Source: a bacterium (lineage in GTDB: Bacteria; Zhuqueibacterota; Zhuqueibacteria; Residuimicrobiales; Krinioviventaceae). Taken from it: DNA of 64,000 nucleotides. The stretch covers positions 288,001 through 352,000 of the forward strand of contig CAXXFV010000008.1 in the NCBI GenBank assembly GCA_963674595.2, given 5' to 3'. The notes below the pieces were generated by a model. The model did no database searches. It saw only the letters and a list, made by a program, of their open reading frames with translations, and was not told the origin of the DNA. Shown in pieces: positions 25,165 through 34,628 of the stretch (its first letter is position 1; every line of letters starts with the position of its first letter). Made by a program: the position numbers and the translations under genes.

Positions 25165-25596
25165 TTGTCAGTAAAAAGATTATATCCTGATACTCCACTT
25201 GTCGCAGTTGGTGCGCTTGTTTATAGAGATAATAAAATATTATTAGTAAAAAGAGGACAGGAACCGAATAAAGAAAAATGGTCTATTCCTGGGGGGCTCG
25301 TTGAAACCGGTGAAACTTTAACAGAGGCTGTTCACCGGGAGATTTTTCAGGAATGTAATATTAAAATTGAGCTAAAGCAAAAGCTTGATATATTTGAATA
25401 CATTCAAAAAAATCCAAGAGGTAAGGTTCAATACCATTATGTGATAATAGACTTTATAGCAGAGTATTTAAGCGGAGAACTGAAACCTCAAAGTGATATT
25501 CTTGCTGCTTCGTGGGTTACAAAAAAAGAGTGTAAAAGTATGAACATTACAGAAGGCTTGTTAACACTGGTAAATAAAGCTAAAGAATATTTTTAA
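25165..25596 (+). CDS. Nudix hydrolase
   Basis: WSIPGGLVETGETLTEAVHREIFQEC Nudix box; HYVIIDF. Confidence 0.88.
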   Translation: MSVKRLYPDTPLVAVGALVYRDNKILLVKRGQEPNKEKWSIPGGLVETGETLTEAVHREIFQECNIKIELKQKLDIFEYIQKNPRGKVQYHYVIIDFIAEYLSGELKPQSDILAASWVTKKECKSMNITEGLLTLVNKAKEYF

Positions 25597-25632
25597 CGAA
25601 TATCAAATTTTACTATCTGTGAAAATAATTTT

Positions 25633-25665
25633 GCCCAGACCCTGCATTTTAATTCTGGGCTTTTT
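25633..25665 (+). terminator. Possible intrinsic terminator after the Nudix gene
   Basis: GCCCAGA...TCTGGGC stem plus TTTTT; long 14-nt loop. Confidence 0.45.
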
Positions 25666-25684
25666 CATAATGTAGAAGGTCAAA

Positions 25685-26737
25685 ATGAAAAGTGTTGAAA
25701 AAATACTAGTGATTAAATTACGAGCGATTGGTGATGTTGTTTTATCGACAATTGTGCTTGAAAATCTGAGAGAAGCATTTCCCGTAGCACGCATTGATTT
25801 TTTAACGGAAAAGGCATCCAAAGAAGTTGTATTTGGAAATCCTGTGTTAAATAATGTGTTGATTTATGATAAACGTGCTATATCAAAGATGTCATTTTTT
25901 CGGAGAATAGTCGAAAATATTCGATTTATAAAAACAATCCGAAATTTAAATTATGATTTGGTATTTGATTTTTTTGGAAATCCCCGAAGTGCTTTTTTTA
26001 CTTATGCTTCCGGAGCAAGGGTGCGTATTGGTTATGATTATAACATCAGAAAATGGTGTTATACGAATATTGTCAAATCTCGCGCTAATGAAATTCATGA
26101 GGCCGACTGGCATCTGGACGCTTTAGATGCTCTTGATATCCCCATTCTAACCCGGAGATTGAATTTTGAAGTCGGTATTGGCAGCCAAAATTTTGCTGAT
26201 AATTTCTGGACGCAATCCGGTTTAGATGATAAACGTGTTATTGCCATTCATTTTGCCGGAAGTTGGCCGGCCAAACGATGGGCATTGGACCGTTTTTCTC
26301 ACCTTATTGATCTTTTGGGTGCGCGTTATAAAGCAAAAATTTTAATCAGTTGGGGGCCTGGTGAATTTGATGATGCAAAACGTATTCAGGAAAACGCTGT
26401 TTATCCCAGCACTCTTTTACCGCAGACAGGTTTAAAACAACTTGCTGCAATTTTAAAAAAGGTAGACTTGTTTATTACGTCAGATTCCGGCCCGATGCAT
26501 ATTGCCGCAGCAATGGAAACGCCTTGTGTCGCACTGTTTGGACCAACCAATCCAAAACTACAGGGACCTTATGGAGAAATCCATCAGGTCGTAACTAAAC
26601 CTGGTTTGAATTGTCTTGGCTGCAATAAACTGGAATGCGATCATTTATCATGTATGAAACTCTTAACGGTAAAGGATGTTATTTCCGGAGTTGAACGATG
26701 TGTCCGTAAAAACCATCTTTTTGAAGACCCTGTTTAA
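25685..26737 (+). CDS. GT9 LPS heptosyltransferase
   Basis: AIGDVVL, AKRW, DSGPMHIAAA, LFGPT. Confidence 0.92.
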   Translation: MKSVEKILVIKLRAIGDVVLSTIVLENLREAFPVARIDFLTEKASKEVVFGNPVLNNVLIYDKRAISKMSFFRRIVENIRFIKTIRNLNYDLVFDFFGNPRSAFFTYASGARVRIGYDYNIRKWCYTNIVKSRANEIHEADWHLDALDALDIPILTRRLNFEVGIGSQNFADNFWTQSGLDDKRVIAIHFAGSWPAKRWALDRFSHLIDLLGARYKAKILISWGPGEFDDAKRIQENAVYPSTLLPQTGLKQLAAILKKVDLFITSDSGPMHIAAAMETPCVALFGPTNPKLQGPYGEIHQVVTKPGLNCLGCNKLECDHLSCMKLLTVKDVISGVERCVRKNHLFEDPV

Positions 26738-26740
26738 GCC

Positions 26741-27487
26741 ATGTCTAAAATTACTGCATGTATTATTACACAGAATAATGAACAGACAATTATTCCTTGT
26801 TTAGAATCTTTTGCTTGGGCTGATGAAATTGTTGTGATTGATTTAAAAAGTCATGATCAGACAATAGAACTTTGTTCCCGCTTTACAGATAAAATCCATG
26901 TTTTTGAACTTGCACCAGATTTGGATTTGGGCCAAACTGTCCTGAAAACATGCCGGTCGGAATGGATTATATTTATTGATCCGTCTGAGCTATGTTCAGA
27001 TCAGTGGGTTAATGAAATAAAAGACATTCTGAAAAAGAATGATTCCGTTGCTTACTGTCGAGAAAAAGAATATTACCTGAAAAATGTTTTATTTCCGGAT
27101 CACGAACTTTTTCCCAGAAATAAACTGACATTATTTAAATTGGAGTGGATTAAAGGTTTTAAAAACTCTGAATTTTTATTAAAAGAAAATATTAGGTGTG
27201 AAAAATTTTCTTATTATCCCAATGTTCAGGATCAGCTTTCATTAACGGAAATTTTGGAAAGAATAAATAAACTTTCGGCTGTTAAAGCTGTTAAAGATAT
27301 TTCGGTGAAAAAGATTAATTTTTCAGCGTTTCTTTTTCCTCCAACCGGTGTTTTTTTCAATTATTATATATGGAAAAAGTATTTTTTAAAAGGTTTAAGC
27401 GGATTGTTGATTAGCTGGTTAATGGCTTTTTATAAAATGCTTTATGTGATGAAAATTTGGTATCTGCAGAGAAAGGAGCTGAGTTGA
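26741..27487 (+). CDS. GT2-like protein with degenerate DxD motif
   Basis: WADEIVVID N-terminus paralogous to flanking GT2s; DPSE instead of DADE. Confidence 0.75.
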   Translation: MSKITACIITQNNEQTIIPCLESFAWADEIVVIDLKSHDQTIELCSRFTDKIHVFELAPDLDLGQTVLKTCRSEWIIFIDPSELCSDQWVNEIKDILKKNDSVAYCREKEYYLKNVLFPDHELFPRNKLTLFKLEWIKGFKNSEFLLKENIRCEKFSYYPNVQDQLSLTEILERINKLSAVKAVKDISVKKINFSAFLFPPTGVFFNYYIWKKYFLKGLSGLLISWLMAFYKMLYVMKIWYLQRKELS

Positions 27488-28236
27488 AAAGTTCTGTCTC
27501 TGTCATCGTTATTACGTATAATGAAGAAAAGAATATATACGATTGTCTGAATTCCGTTAAATGGGCAGATGAAATTGTTGTTGTGGATTCAAAAAGCACG
27601 GATAAAACCGTAGATATTGCCAAAAGTTTTACAGATAAAGTATATGAAAAAGAGTGGGAAGGATACGCAGAAAATAAAAATTTTGCTCTTTCCAAAACAA
27701 CATCCGAATGGATTTTATGGTTGGATGCTGATGAACGAGTTACAAATGACCTGGCTCAGGAAATTAAAAAAACAATAAATACTGATTCTGACATTGATGG
27801 ATATGAAATAGCCCGAAAAGCTTTCTTTCTTGGCCGGTGGATAAAACATTGTGGCTGGTATCCCGGATATGTTTTAAGGGTGTTTAAGCGTGAAAATGCC
27901 CGTTTTAGTGATTCCCGCGTCCACGAGGGAGTTGTTCTGAAAGGAACAACTGCGAGATTGAATCATGATCTGTTGCATTTTACAGATGATTCTTTAGAAC
28001 ATTACATGTGGAAATTTAACCGTTACACATCTTTGGCTGCCGATGAACTGGCATCAAGGAACAAATCGGCTGGTATAGGTGCGATAATCGGCCGCCCGAT
28101 TTTTACATTTTTTAAAATGTATTTTTTAAAAAAAGGATTTTTAGACCGGATTGAGGGTTTAATGCTTTGTCTGTTGTCTGCCGGATATGTTGCCATAAAA
28201 TATGCCAAGTTGTGGGAAAAATCCAAAAAAAATTAA
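27484..28236 (+). CDS. GT2 glycosyltransferase (WaaE-like)
   Basis: TTG start after AAGGAG; ITYNEE, VDSKSTD, WLDADE, GWYP, RVHE. Confidence 0.9.
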   Translation: MKSSVSVIVITYNEEKNIYDCLNSVKWADEIVVVDSKSTDKTVDIAKSFTDKVYEKEWEGYAENKNFALSKTTSEWILWLDADERVTNDLAQEIKKTINTDSDIDGYEIARKAFFLGRWIKHCGWYPGYVLRVFKRENARFSDSRVHEGVVLKGTTARLNHDLLHFTDDSLEHYMWKFNRYTSLAADELASRNKSAGIGAIIGRPIFTFFKMYFLKKGFLDRIEGLMLCLLSAGYVAIKYAKLWEKSKKN

Positions 28237-28299
28237 AATACTGTTTTAATTTTCCCCAAAAAATATTACTTTGTATAGAATTTATACCAGGAGTGAAAA

Positions 28300-28641
28300 A
28301 TGAACTTTTTGCTTGAAGAAATAGATAACGTTAAAATACTTAGATTACGTGAAGAACGTTTGGACTCAAACATTGCACCTGATCTTAAAACACAACTTCT
28401 TGTCCTGTTGAATAGTGAATCTTCCAAAGTTTTGTTGGATTTGTCCAGCACAACCTATGCCGATAGTTCAGGCCTTGGTGCTATTTTATTGGGACTTCGT
28501 CATTCCAGAGATATTGGGGCCCAATTTGCACTTTTTGGTGCACAAAAACGTGTTAAAAGTTTGCTGCAAATTGCTCATCTGGAAGACGTAATGATGAATT
28601 ATAATGATGAATATGAGGCTCTGGAAAAACTAAAAGATTAA
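28300..28641 (+). CDS. STAS-domain anti-anti-sigma factor
   Basis: LDLS...YADSSGLGAIL phosphorylatable Ser motif; RBS AGGAG. Confidence 0.9.
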   Translation: MNFLLEEIDNVKILRLREERLDSNIAPDLKTQLLVLLNSESSKVLLDLSSTTYADSSGLGAILLGLRHSRDIGAQFALFGAQKRVKSLLQIAHLEDVMMNYNDEYEALEKLKD

Positions 28642-29342
28642 AGTTTGCCGGGCATTTCAATAATACTCCCTGTAATATCATTGGCGGCCGGAGATGCTAA
28701 AAATAAAATCATATCTGCTATTTGTTCCGGCCGGGTCCATTTTGTATCATCCGCATCAGGCATTTCTTTTTTATTTTTCTCTGATAATATAATACCCGGC
28801 GCAATTGTATTAGCCTGAATATTATATTTTTTACCCTCTTCAGCCAATGCTTTCGTTAAAGATATAACCCCCGCTTTAGATACCTGGTAGGCTGCCCGTT
28901 TGGCTTTTGGGGCCAGAGCAGCCATAGCCGTAATGGTGATGATTTTACCGCTTTTAGCGGCCATCATCATTGGTAATATCGCACGACTGCATAGAAATAA
29001 TGACCTCAGGTTCAACGTGATCATTTTATCCCATTCCTGTGCACTCGTTTCCGCAATCAAGTGCCCGCCGGAAAATCCCCCGACAGCGTGCACAAAAATT
29101 GAAACTGTATTAAATTTTTCTTTAATATAATTTATTTTGTCTGAAATATTATTTTCATCCGTAACATCTGCTGATAATGTTACCAGGTTTTGCAGAGGTG
29201 AATTGGAGCCGGACAACACGTCGAGTTTTTTCTCATCACGAGCCATGGCTATTACCCGATAGCCTTTTTCGAGAAATTTTTTAACTAGTATTTGTCCAAG
29301 TGTACCTGTGGCACCTGTGATTAAAACTGTTTTCTCCAACAA
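28638..29342 (-). CDS. Short-chain dehydrogenase/reductase
   Basis: TGATGTLG, YQVSK, NTIAPG. Confidence 0.9.
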   Translation of the reverse strand: MLEKTVLITGATGTLGQILVKKFLEKGYRVIAMARDEKKLDVLSGSNSPLQNLVTLSADVTDENNISDKINYIKEKFNTVSIFVHAVGGFSGGHLIAETSAQEWDKMITLNLRSLFLCSRAILPMMMAAKSGKIITITAMAALAPKAKRAAYQVSKAGVISLTKALAEEGKKYNIQANTIAPGIILSEKNKKEMPDADDTKWTRPEQIADMILFLASPAANDITGSIIEMPGKL

Positions 29343-29372
29343 CTCCTCCGGTTAATTAAAAAGAAAATGTTT

Positions 29373-29765
29373 TTAATTTTCGCTTTTGTTGATTTTAAAA
29401 CTTTTGCTTTGCAAAACGTTATTCTGGTTGTCTAAAATATCAACACGCCAATCTCCAAGCCAATAATCGGTCATTCTTTTGGAACTCCAGGTTCGCCATT
29501 CACTGGCTTTTACATTTAATTTGATCCGAGCTTTTTCTTCTCCGTCATAATACCATACATGGGAGATCACTGTTGGTTCTTCAGATCCGGAGAGTTTTGT
29601 GTAACAATATATCCGTTCCGCGTCTACAGAAAAGACCGAGTCAATACCTGCGGGTGTCCTTTCTTCGATTGATGTACAAAAGACCATTTCATCTACTTTT
29701 AATTGCTGTGAATATAAAAGAGTTGTAACAAGTAAAGCCGCTAAAATTATTATTCTTACTTTCAT
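29373..29765 (-). CDS. Exported DUF2914-like protein
   Basis: Signal peptide; ISHVWY, WRTWSSK, GDWRVDI. Confidence 0.75.
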   Translation of the reverse strand: MKVRIIILAALLVTTLLYSQQLKVDEMVFCTSIEERTPAGIDSVFSVDAERIYCYTKLSGSEEPTVISHVWYYDGEEKARIKLNVKASEWRTWSSKRMTDYWLGDWRVDILDNQNNVLQSKSFKINKSEN

Positions 29766-29825
29766 GACTTTTCTCCTTTAGATGAATTGACCATTTTTAA
29801 CGGTTGCTTAACTTTTCTCCAATTT

Positions 29826-31295
29826 TTATGGATTTATTAAGATTGGTTTTGCATAGTTTTGGTCCATTTTATAAGGCAATTGCCAGACCGAGTCACCTTT
29901 AATATTTGTAAAATAAAGAAATGATTTTGAAAATTCATCTGCATTACCGTCTGCCCAAAAAGCATAAAAATCCGGGTGTGCATGTAACGGTCGCCTGACA
30001 TAGGAATTATTTTGTGTGCTGTTTTGGGTAACATCCCGAATTTTTTTCCATTGTTTGCCTTTATCCGTACTTTGCCACAAAGCGATTTCTCCACCAGTTC
30101 CCCAAAATTGAGGACCGGGTTCGGTCGGCGCTAATATTTGCCAGACGTCCTTTTCCAGGTAAATCGATCCCATGTCGTAATTATGCGTTGAGGTGGTAAT
30201 TTCATGAATGTCCCAAGAGTTCCCGTTCCATCGTACCAGGTTCCAAACTCTGGGAGTACCCTTTGGACCCGGTTCAAAATGTGAACTTGCAATATAAACA
30301 AGCACCGGCGAACCTTCATCATCAATTGCTATGTCTTTGAGATAAACAAGTTTATTTTCAGATTTATAGTCATAAACAAGCGCCGGATTATCAAAGGATT
30401 CCATTGGAAGGGTTAGTTGTTCTCCTTTAATGGTTTGCCATGTTTTACCAAAATCATATGATTGCATAAAATACAGATTGGTTCGCCCATCGACAAAAGT
30501 AAAATCAGGATGCGAGTTAAATGCCGTAATAATGCGGTCTCCTTTCATACAGCTCATTTGATAATGCCCGCCTTTAACAAGTAATTGAGCAGGAGACCAT
30601 TCCCTGCCGTCTGCACTTGTCGAACAGTAAAGTTCTCTTCCGCCGTTTATTTCTTTTGTTGGTTTTGCGTTCGGATCTCTTCCGGTATAGCGAGTAAACA
30701 ACAGACAAAAGCCGTTTTCATCTGACCATATCGGTTGAGGATAGGTAAATTCCCATTCTTTTACTTGTTCAAAAGAATCGATATTATAGGGCTTGCGGCT
30801 TTTGAAAATAATGCCGGTTCTGTTCTTTCCCCGTCCGCTTTTAAAAATCCAGATATATCCATTTTTGTCAATACTTATTGATGGATTATCGTGGGGATCA
30901 TTGACACTTTGTTTTTCATAGACCAGCGTTGGCTTCGGAACAACTTTTTTGTTGTGATCATAATAGGAAACCATAGCACACAGATGACGCTCGTTTTCAT
31001 ACATGGTACCGCCGTACACGAAAAATGTTTTATTGACTTTGGGCGCATAAACAGCCAAAGGATGGTGCTTTGCAGTATATGTTCCCAGCCCGCCTGAATA
31101 TTTGTCGCCATATTCAAGTCTTTGTGTCAGCTCAAACCAGATTCCTTTATATCCATTTATTTTATTATTCGGAGTATATTGATGACATCCTGAAAAGATT
31201 ATCAGATTTATAAAAATTAAGCCGTATAGATAAATTCTAAGCACATTTTGCCTTTCTATTTGTTTATATACCATTTTTCTAGTTTTGATCTGCAT
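29826..31295 (-). CDS. BNR/Asp-box beta-propeller lipoprotein (BNR_4-like, possibly carbohydrate-active)
   Basis: FSGC lipobox; Asp-boxes SADGREW, SYDFGKTW, STDKGKQW; DPHDNP motif. Confidence 0.75.
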   Translation of the reverse strand: MQIKTRKMVYKQIERQNVLRIYLYGLIFINLIIFSGCHQYTPNNKINGYKGIWFELTQRLEYGDKYSGGLGTYTAKHHPLAVYAPKVNKTFFVYGGTMYENERHLCAMVSYYDHNKKVVPKPTLVYEKQSVNDPHDNPSISIDKNGYIWIFKSGRGKNRTGIIFKSRKPYNIDSFEQVKEWEFTYPQPIWSDENGFCLLFTRYTGRDPNAKPTKEINGGRELYCSTSADGREWSPAQLLVKGGHYQMSCMKGDRIITAFNSHPDFTFVDGRTNLYFMQSYDFGKTWQTIKGEQLTLPMESFDNPALVYDYKSENKLVYLKDIAIDDEGSPVLVYIASSHFEPGPKGTPRVWNLVRWNGNSWDIHEITTSTHNYDMGSIYLEKDVWQILAPTEPGPQFWGTGGEIALWQSTDKGKQWKKIRDVTQNSTQNNSYVRRPLHAHPDFYAFWADGNADEFSKSFLYFTNIKGDSVWQLPYKMDQNYAKPILINP

Positions 31296-31752
31296 CTGTT
31301 TCTTTTTTCAAATAGTTTATAACTTTTATTTCACCGTGCATATTATAAATCGAATTGCCCTGCGCTGTCCATTCTTTAAATCCGCCGGTTAGATTTTTAA
31401 CATTATTATAGCCAATTTCTTTTAAAGAATTAGCCGCCAAAGAAGCACGCCCTCCTGAACGGCAATAGAGGATAATATTTTCATCCGGATTGTCCGTTTT
31501 TAACGGCAGTTTAAATTCAATCATACCGCGTGGTATCCACAAAGCACCGGCAATATGTCCTGCATCATACTCTTCTTTTGTTCGGACATCGATGAGGAGG
31601 TAATCGTTTTTATTCATTTTTTTAAATTCATCAATACTGATATGAGTTGCTTTGGATTTTGCCTCTTTTACAATTTCATTTTTGGTTTTTATTTGTCCAA
31701 ATAGCAGGGATGAAAAGAACAACAGCAGGAGAAAGGATTTGAATAGTTTCAT
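31279..31752 (-). CDS. Exported rhodanese-like protein
   Basis: DVRTKEEY..GHIAGA, YCRSGGR, LTGGFKEW; signal peptide. Confidence 0.9.
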   Translation of the reverse strand: MKLFKSFLLLLFFSSLLFGQIKTKNEIVKEAKSKATHISIDEFKKMNKNDYLLIDVRTKEEYDAGHIAGALWIPRGMIEFKLPLKTDNPDENIILYCRSGGRASLAANSLKEIGYNNVKNLTGGFKEWTAQGNSIYNMHGEIKVINYLKKETDADQN

Positions 31753-32003
31753 AAGGGTTTCCTTGTTGAAAACATAAGTGTTATGATTATTTAGACTCTA
31801 ATTAAAAGATAATGTTAAATTGATTTTGATGTGGGAAAAACTGTTTGAATTTTTTTCTGCCATGCATAATCCGGCATTTTATTATAAAGAAAATAACAAA
31901 ATATAATCTCTGTTTAAAGTAATTTTTATGATATTTTTTTTAAAAATTGTTTGAGTGAAAGTGAACCGGCTGGAGTTTTGAGTGAATACCTGAATTTTTA
32001 TCG

Positions 32004-32879
32004 TCAAGCAATTTGTATATATTTGTTATTTTGGTTTTTAGATTTAATTCCTGTAACCAGATAATATATCGCATAAAGTTCCAAAGAAAACGGTAAATAA
32101 CCGAGGTACCCCAAAAGCGGCATTTCAAAAACATGTAATACGTCTACAAAGGGAACGATGTAAATCCATTTGGGATAGGAATAATAATTCCACATCTCCC
32201 AAAAATAACCACAAATCAGGCATCCTGTCCATAATGCTATTACCGGTTTCCAATTGCCGTTGGCAGCCTCTCTAATCAGAGAGGGATTGCCAAGCCATGC
32301 ATTAACCGGATCAAGAATAAAATAGACTGAAAGCCATAAAAATACGAAAAAATATTTCGGCCACATAAACAGCAAAATCAGCATAAGCCATCCGGAGAGA
32401 AAAAACAAAACCAATTTTGTGTTTGTCAGTGCAAAGCCCGGTCGTTTACGAATTTTTGAAAACCACTTGAATGTACTGACCAGTTCTGCCGTACCAAATA
32501 CGGCCGGGATGACAATTGAAAAATTTAAAGATGCATATAAAAAATATTGTAAGTCTTTAAACAGGTGACGTCCCTCATAGAACCAGTTTTGACTGCGCCA
32601 ATTAAGCAGCTCAAACAGCCACCAGACCGGCATTGAAAGGAAAAACAAACCGATAAATATTTTAAAATTCCGTGTTAACATGGAACTGCCCTTGCGCATC
32701 AATACAAGCGCATCAATGACAAAGCAATATCCCAGCCACAGGGGAAAAAATGCCCAATGCGTACGCAGACCGTCAAGGGACCAGTTTAATGTCCAAAAAA
32801 TTGTTATTAACACCAATCCGATCCATCCGTATACCGGGAATTGTTTTGCCAACAGTTTTAGTTTGTTATGTGGGGGCAT
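32004..32879 (-). CDS. Integral membrane protein of unknown function
   Basis: Multiple TM helices; internal repeat WWLFELLN..QNWFY / YFWEMWN..PKWIY; FEMPLLGY. Confidence 0.75.
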   Translation of the reverse strand: MPPHNKLKLLAKQFPVYGWIGLVLITIFWTLNWSLDGLRTHWAFFPLWLGYCFVIDALVLMRKGSSMLTRNFKIFIGLFFLSMPVWWLFELLNWRSQNWFYEGRHLFKDLQYFLYASLNFSIVIPAVFGTAELVSTFKWFSKIRKRPGFALTNTKLVLFFLSGWLMLILLFMWPKYFFVFLWLSVYFILDPVNAWLGNPSLIREAANGNWKPVIALWTGCLICGYFWEMWNYYSYPKWIYIVPFVDVLHVFEMPLLGYLGYLPFSLELYAIYYLVTGIKSKNQNNKYIQIA

Positions 32880-33431
32880 TTATTTGTTTTTTTCCAGTAA
32901 GGTTTTAATGTTTATCAAAGTATCCCGTATTTCCACAAGAACATTAGGCGATGGTTCGTTGTTTTCAAGATTTTGGTTAGAGTGTGCTTTGTTTTCCGGT
33001 GAAATTAATACATCCCGCTGAGATAAAACACGATCACGGAATTCTTTTGCTTCTATAACACCAATTATTTTTGCATCACTGGTGCCTTGCGGATTGCTTT
33101 GTCCGGCTGTTTCGATTTCCAGCTTGCAAATATTTAACGCTCTTAATAGAGGACCGTCTCTTAATGTTAAATCCTGTATTTTATCAAGCGGTATTGTTTT
33201 TTCGACCCGAAATAAATATCCTTTTTTTAACTCGAGTGTTTTGGGCGTGAGGATACATTCCAGGTTTTTGAAATATTTATTACAAAAGTAATTACCTATT
33301 ATTAACCAGATCGGGATAAGCGGGATGCCTATTGCCGAAATAAATAAAAGCCCTGTTACATAAAGATAAAGATAGGTTTTTAGTACAGGATGATAAACTG
33401 CATGGTGTGTGGTGCCTGAATTATTCGTCAT
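32880..33431 (-). CDS. Membrane protein with bacterial PH domain (bPH_2)
   Basis: TM hairpin then KKGYLFRVEKTIPLDKIQD...GPLLR...IETAG. Confidence 0.85.
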   Translation of the reverse strand: MTNNSGTTHHAVYHPVLKTYLYLYVTGLLFISAIGIPLIPIWLIIGNYFCNKYFKNLECILTPKTLELKKGYLFRVEKTIPLDKIQDLTLRDGPLLRALNICKLEIETAGQSNPQGTSDAKIIGVIEAKEFRDRVLSQRDVLISPENKAHSNQNLENNEPSPNVLVEIRDTLINIKTLLEKNK

Positions 33432-33450
33432 TATGTTTTCCTATGTTAAA

Positions 33451-34605
33451 TTATGTCAAGTAAATTCCAATAAATTCCCTTGCTACATTAACCAGCGTAT
33501 GTGTCAGCGCGGCGTAAAAAACATTTTTTGTTTTAATATATACATATCCATAAAACCAACCGGCGAGTGAGGCCAGGCCGATATATATGATTGAACCGGA
33601 ATGGTAATGTACCAGTCCAAAAAAAACGCTGGTAATAGCCAGAGCCGTATACACACCGAGGTCGGATTTTTTATTTTTTTCCAGCAGATATGCAATAATA
33701 AACAGGACCAAGGTCATCAGGGCAATAAACCATTGAAAACCATCTTTAATCGAATATCCGGCCCATAAAGAGCAGAAGAGTAAAATTATTATTCCGTATG
33801 TCCAATATTTCTGCCAGCGAGTGCTCTGAAATATTTTCTTTTGTAACAAATTTTGAAACAGTCCTCTGAAAAATAGTTCTTCAAACAGGGCCGTATGAAA
33901 AAACATGGTGAGAAATCTGTATAACGCCGGGATTGTTAATGCTTTTGGTTTGCCGAATTCAAGTGTTTGAGTAAAATATCCGGGTAAAATGATAATGCCG
34001 TAAAAAATCAGCCATGAGAGAACAGCGATGATTAAATATCTCCATTTAAAGGCTAATTCAAAACCGATGTTTTCCAAACCTCGCAAGACGACAAATGCGT
34101 ACACAATACTCAGCATCATCACGATTCGGTAAACAGAGTCCAGCGTACCGCCGTGGACCGGTAAATCCGCTTTTGCAGGGAAATGGACTAAAGTTAGGGG
34201 AACCAGATAAAAGATAAGGACTGTAAAGTCCAGCCAGGTTATGTTGTTATTTTTGCTTTGAGGATGAACGAACACCAACGTTGGAATTAACAACAGCGAC
34301 GGCAATAGTAATATCGATTCTTTAAAAGGATTTCCCCCGTTTAATAGTATATAGCTGTACAACAATAATATTAATAAAGCAGGGAAAACCAGCGCTCTGC
34401 TGAACTGATTATCTATCTTTTGCTGTATTTTTTGCGTGAAACTGCTGTCGCCAACGGTGAAAAAGAAAAAATACAATACCAGGAAAAACGGGACTGAAAT
34501 TATCAGGTCAATCATATTCAAACCGTTCCAGGTTTTCATAAAAACAAAAATACCCAAAACCAGCACGGCAAGAATACATTTTTTCAAGTGTGGAAATAGT
34601 TTCAT
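33451..34605 (-). CDS. CPBP (CAAX/Abi) intramembrane glutamic protease
   Basis: EELFFRG, FGLVH, HTLVN motifs; many TM helices. Confidence 0.88.
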   Translation of the reverse strand: MKLFPHLKKCILAVLVLGIFVFMKTWNGLNMIDLIISVPFFLVLYFFFFTVGDSSFTQKIQQKIDNQFSRALVFPALLILLLYSYILLNGGNPFKESILLLPSLLLIPTLVFVHPQSKNNNITWLDFTVLIFYLVPLTLVHFPAKADLPVHGGTLDSVYRIVMMLSIVYAFVVLRGLENIGFELAFKWRYLIIAVLSWLIFYGIIILPGYFTQTLEFGKPKALTIPALYRFLTMFFHTALFEELFFRGLFQNLLQKKIFQSTRWQKYWTYGIIILLFCSLWAGYSIKDGFQWFIALMTLVLFIIAYLLEKNKKSDLGVYTALAITSVFFGLVHYHSGSIIYIGLASLAGWFYGYVYIKTKNVFYAALTHTLVNVAREFIGIYLT

Positions 34606-34628
34606 AATATTGCTTTATTTAAATCCGG

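Noticed and set aside
28638-28641. Convergent STAS and SDR genes sharing TTAA stop codons
   Set aside because: A common compact overlap with no functional implication evident
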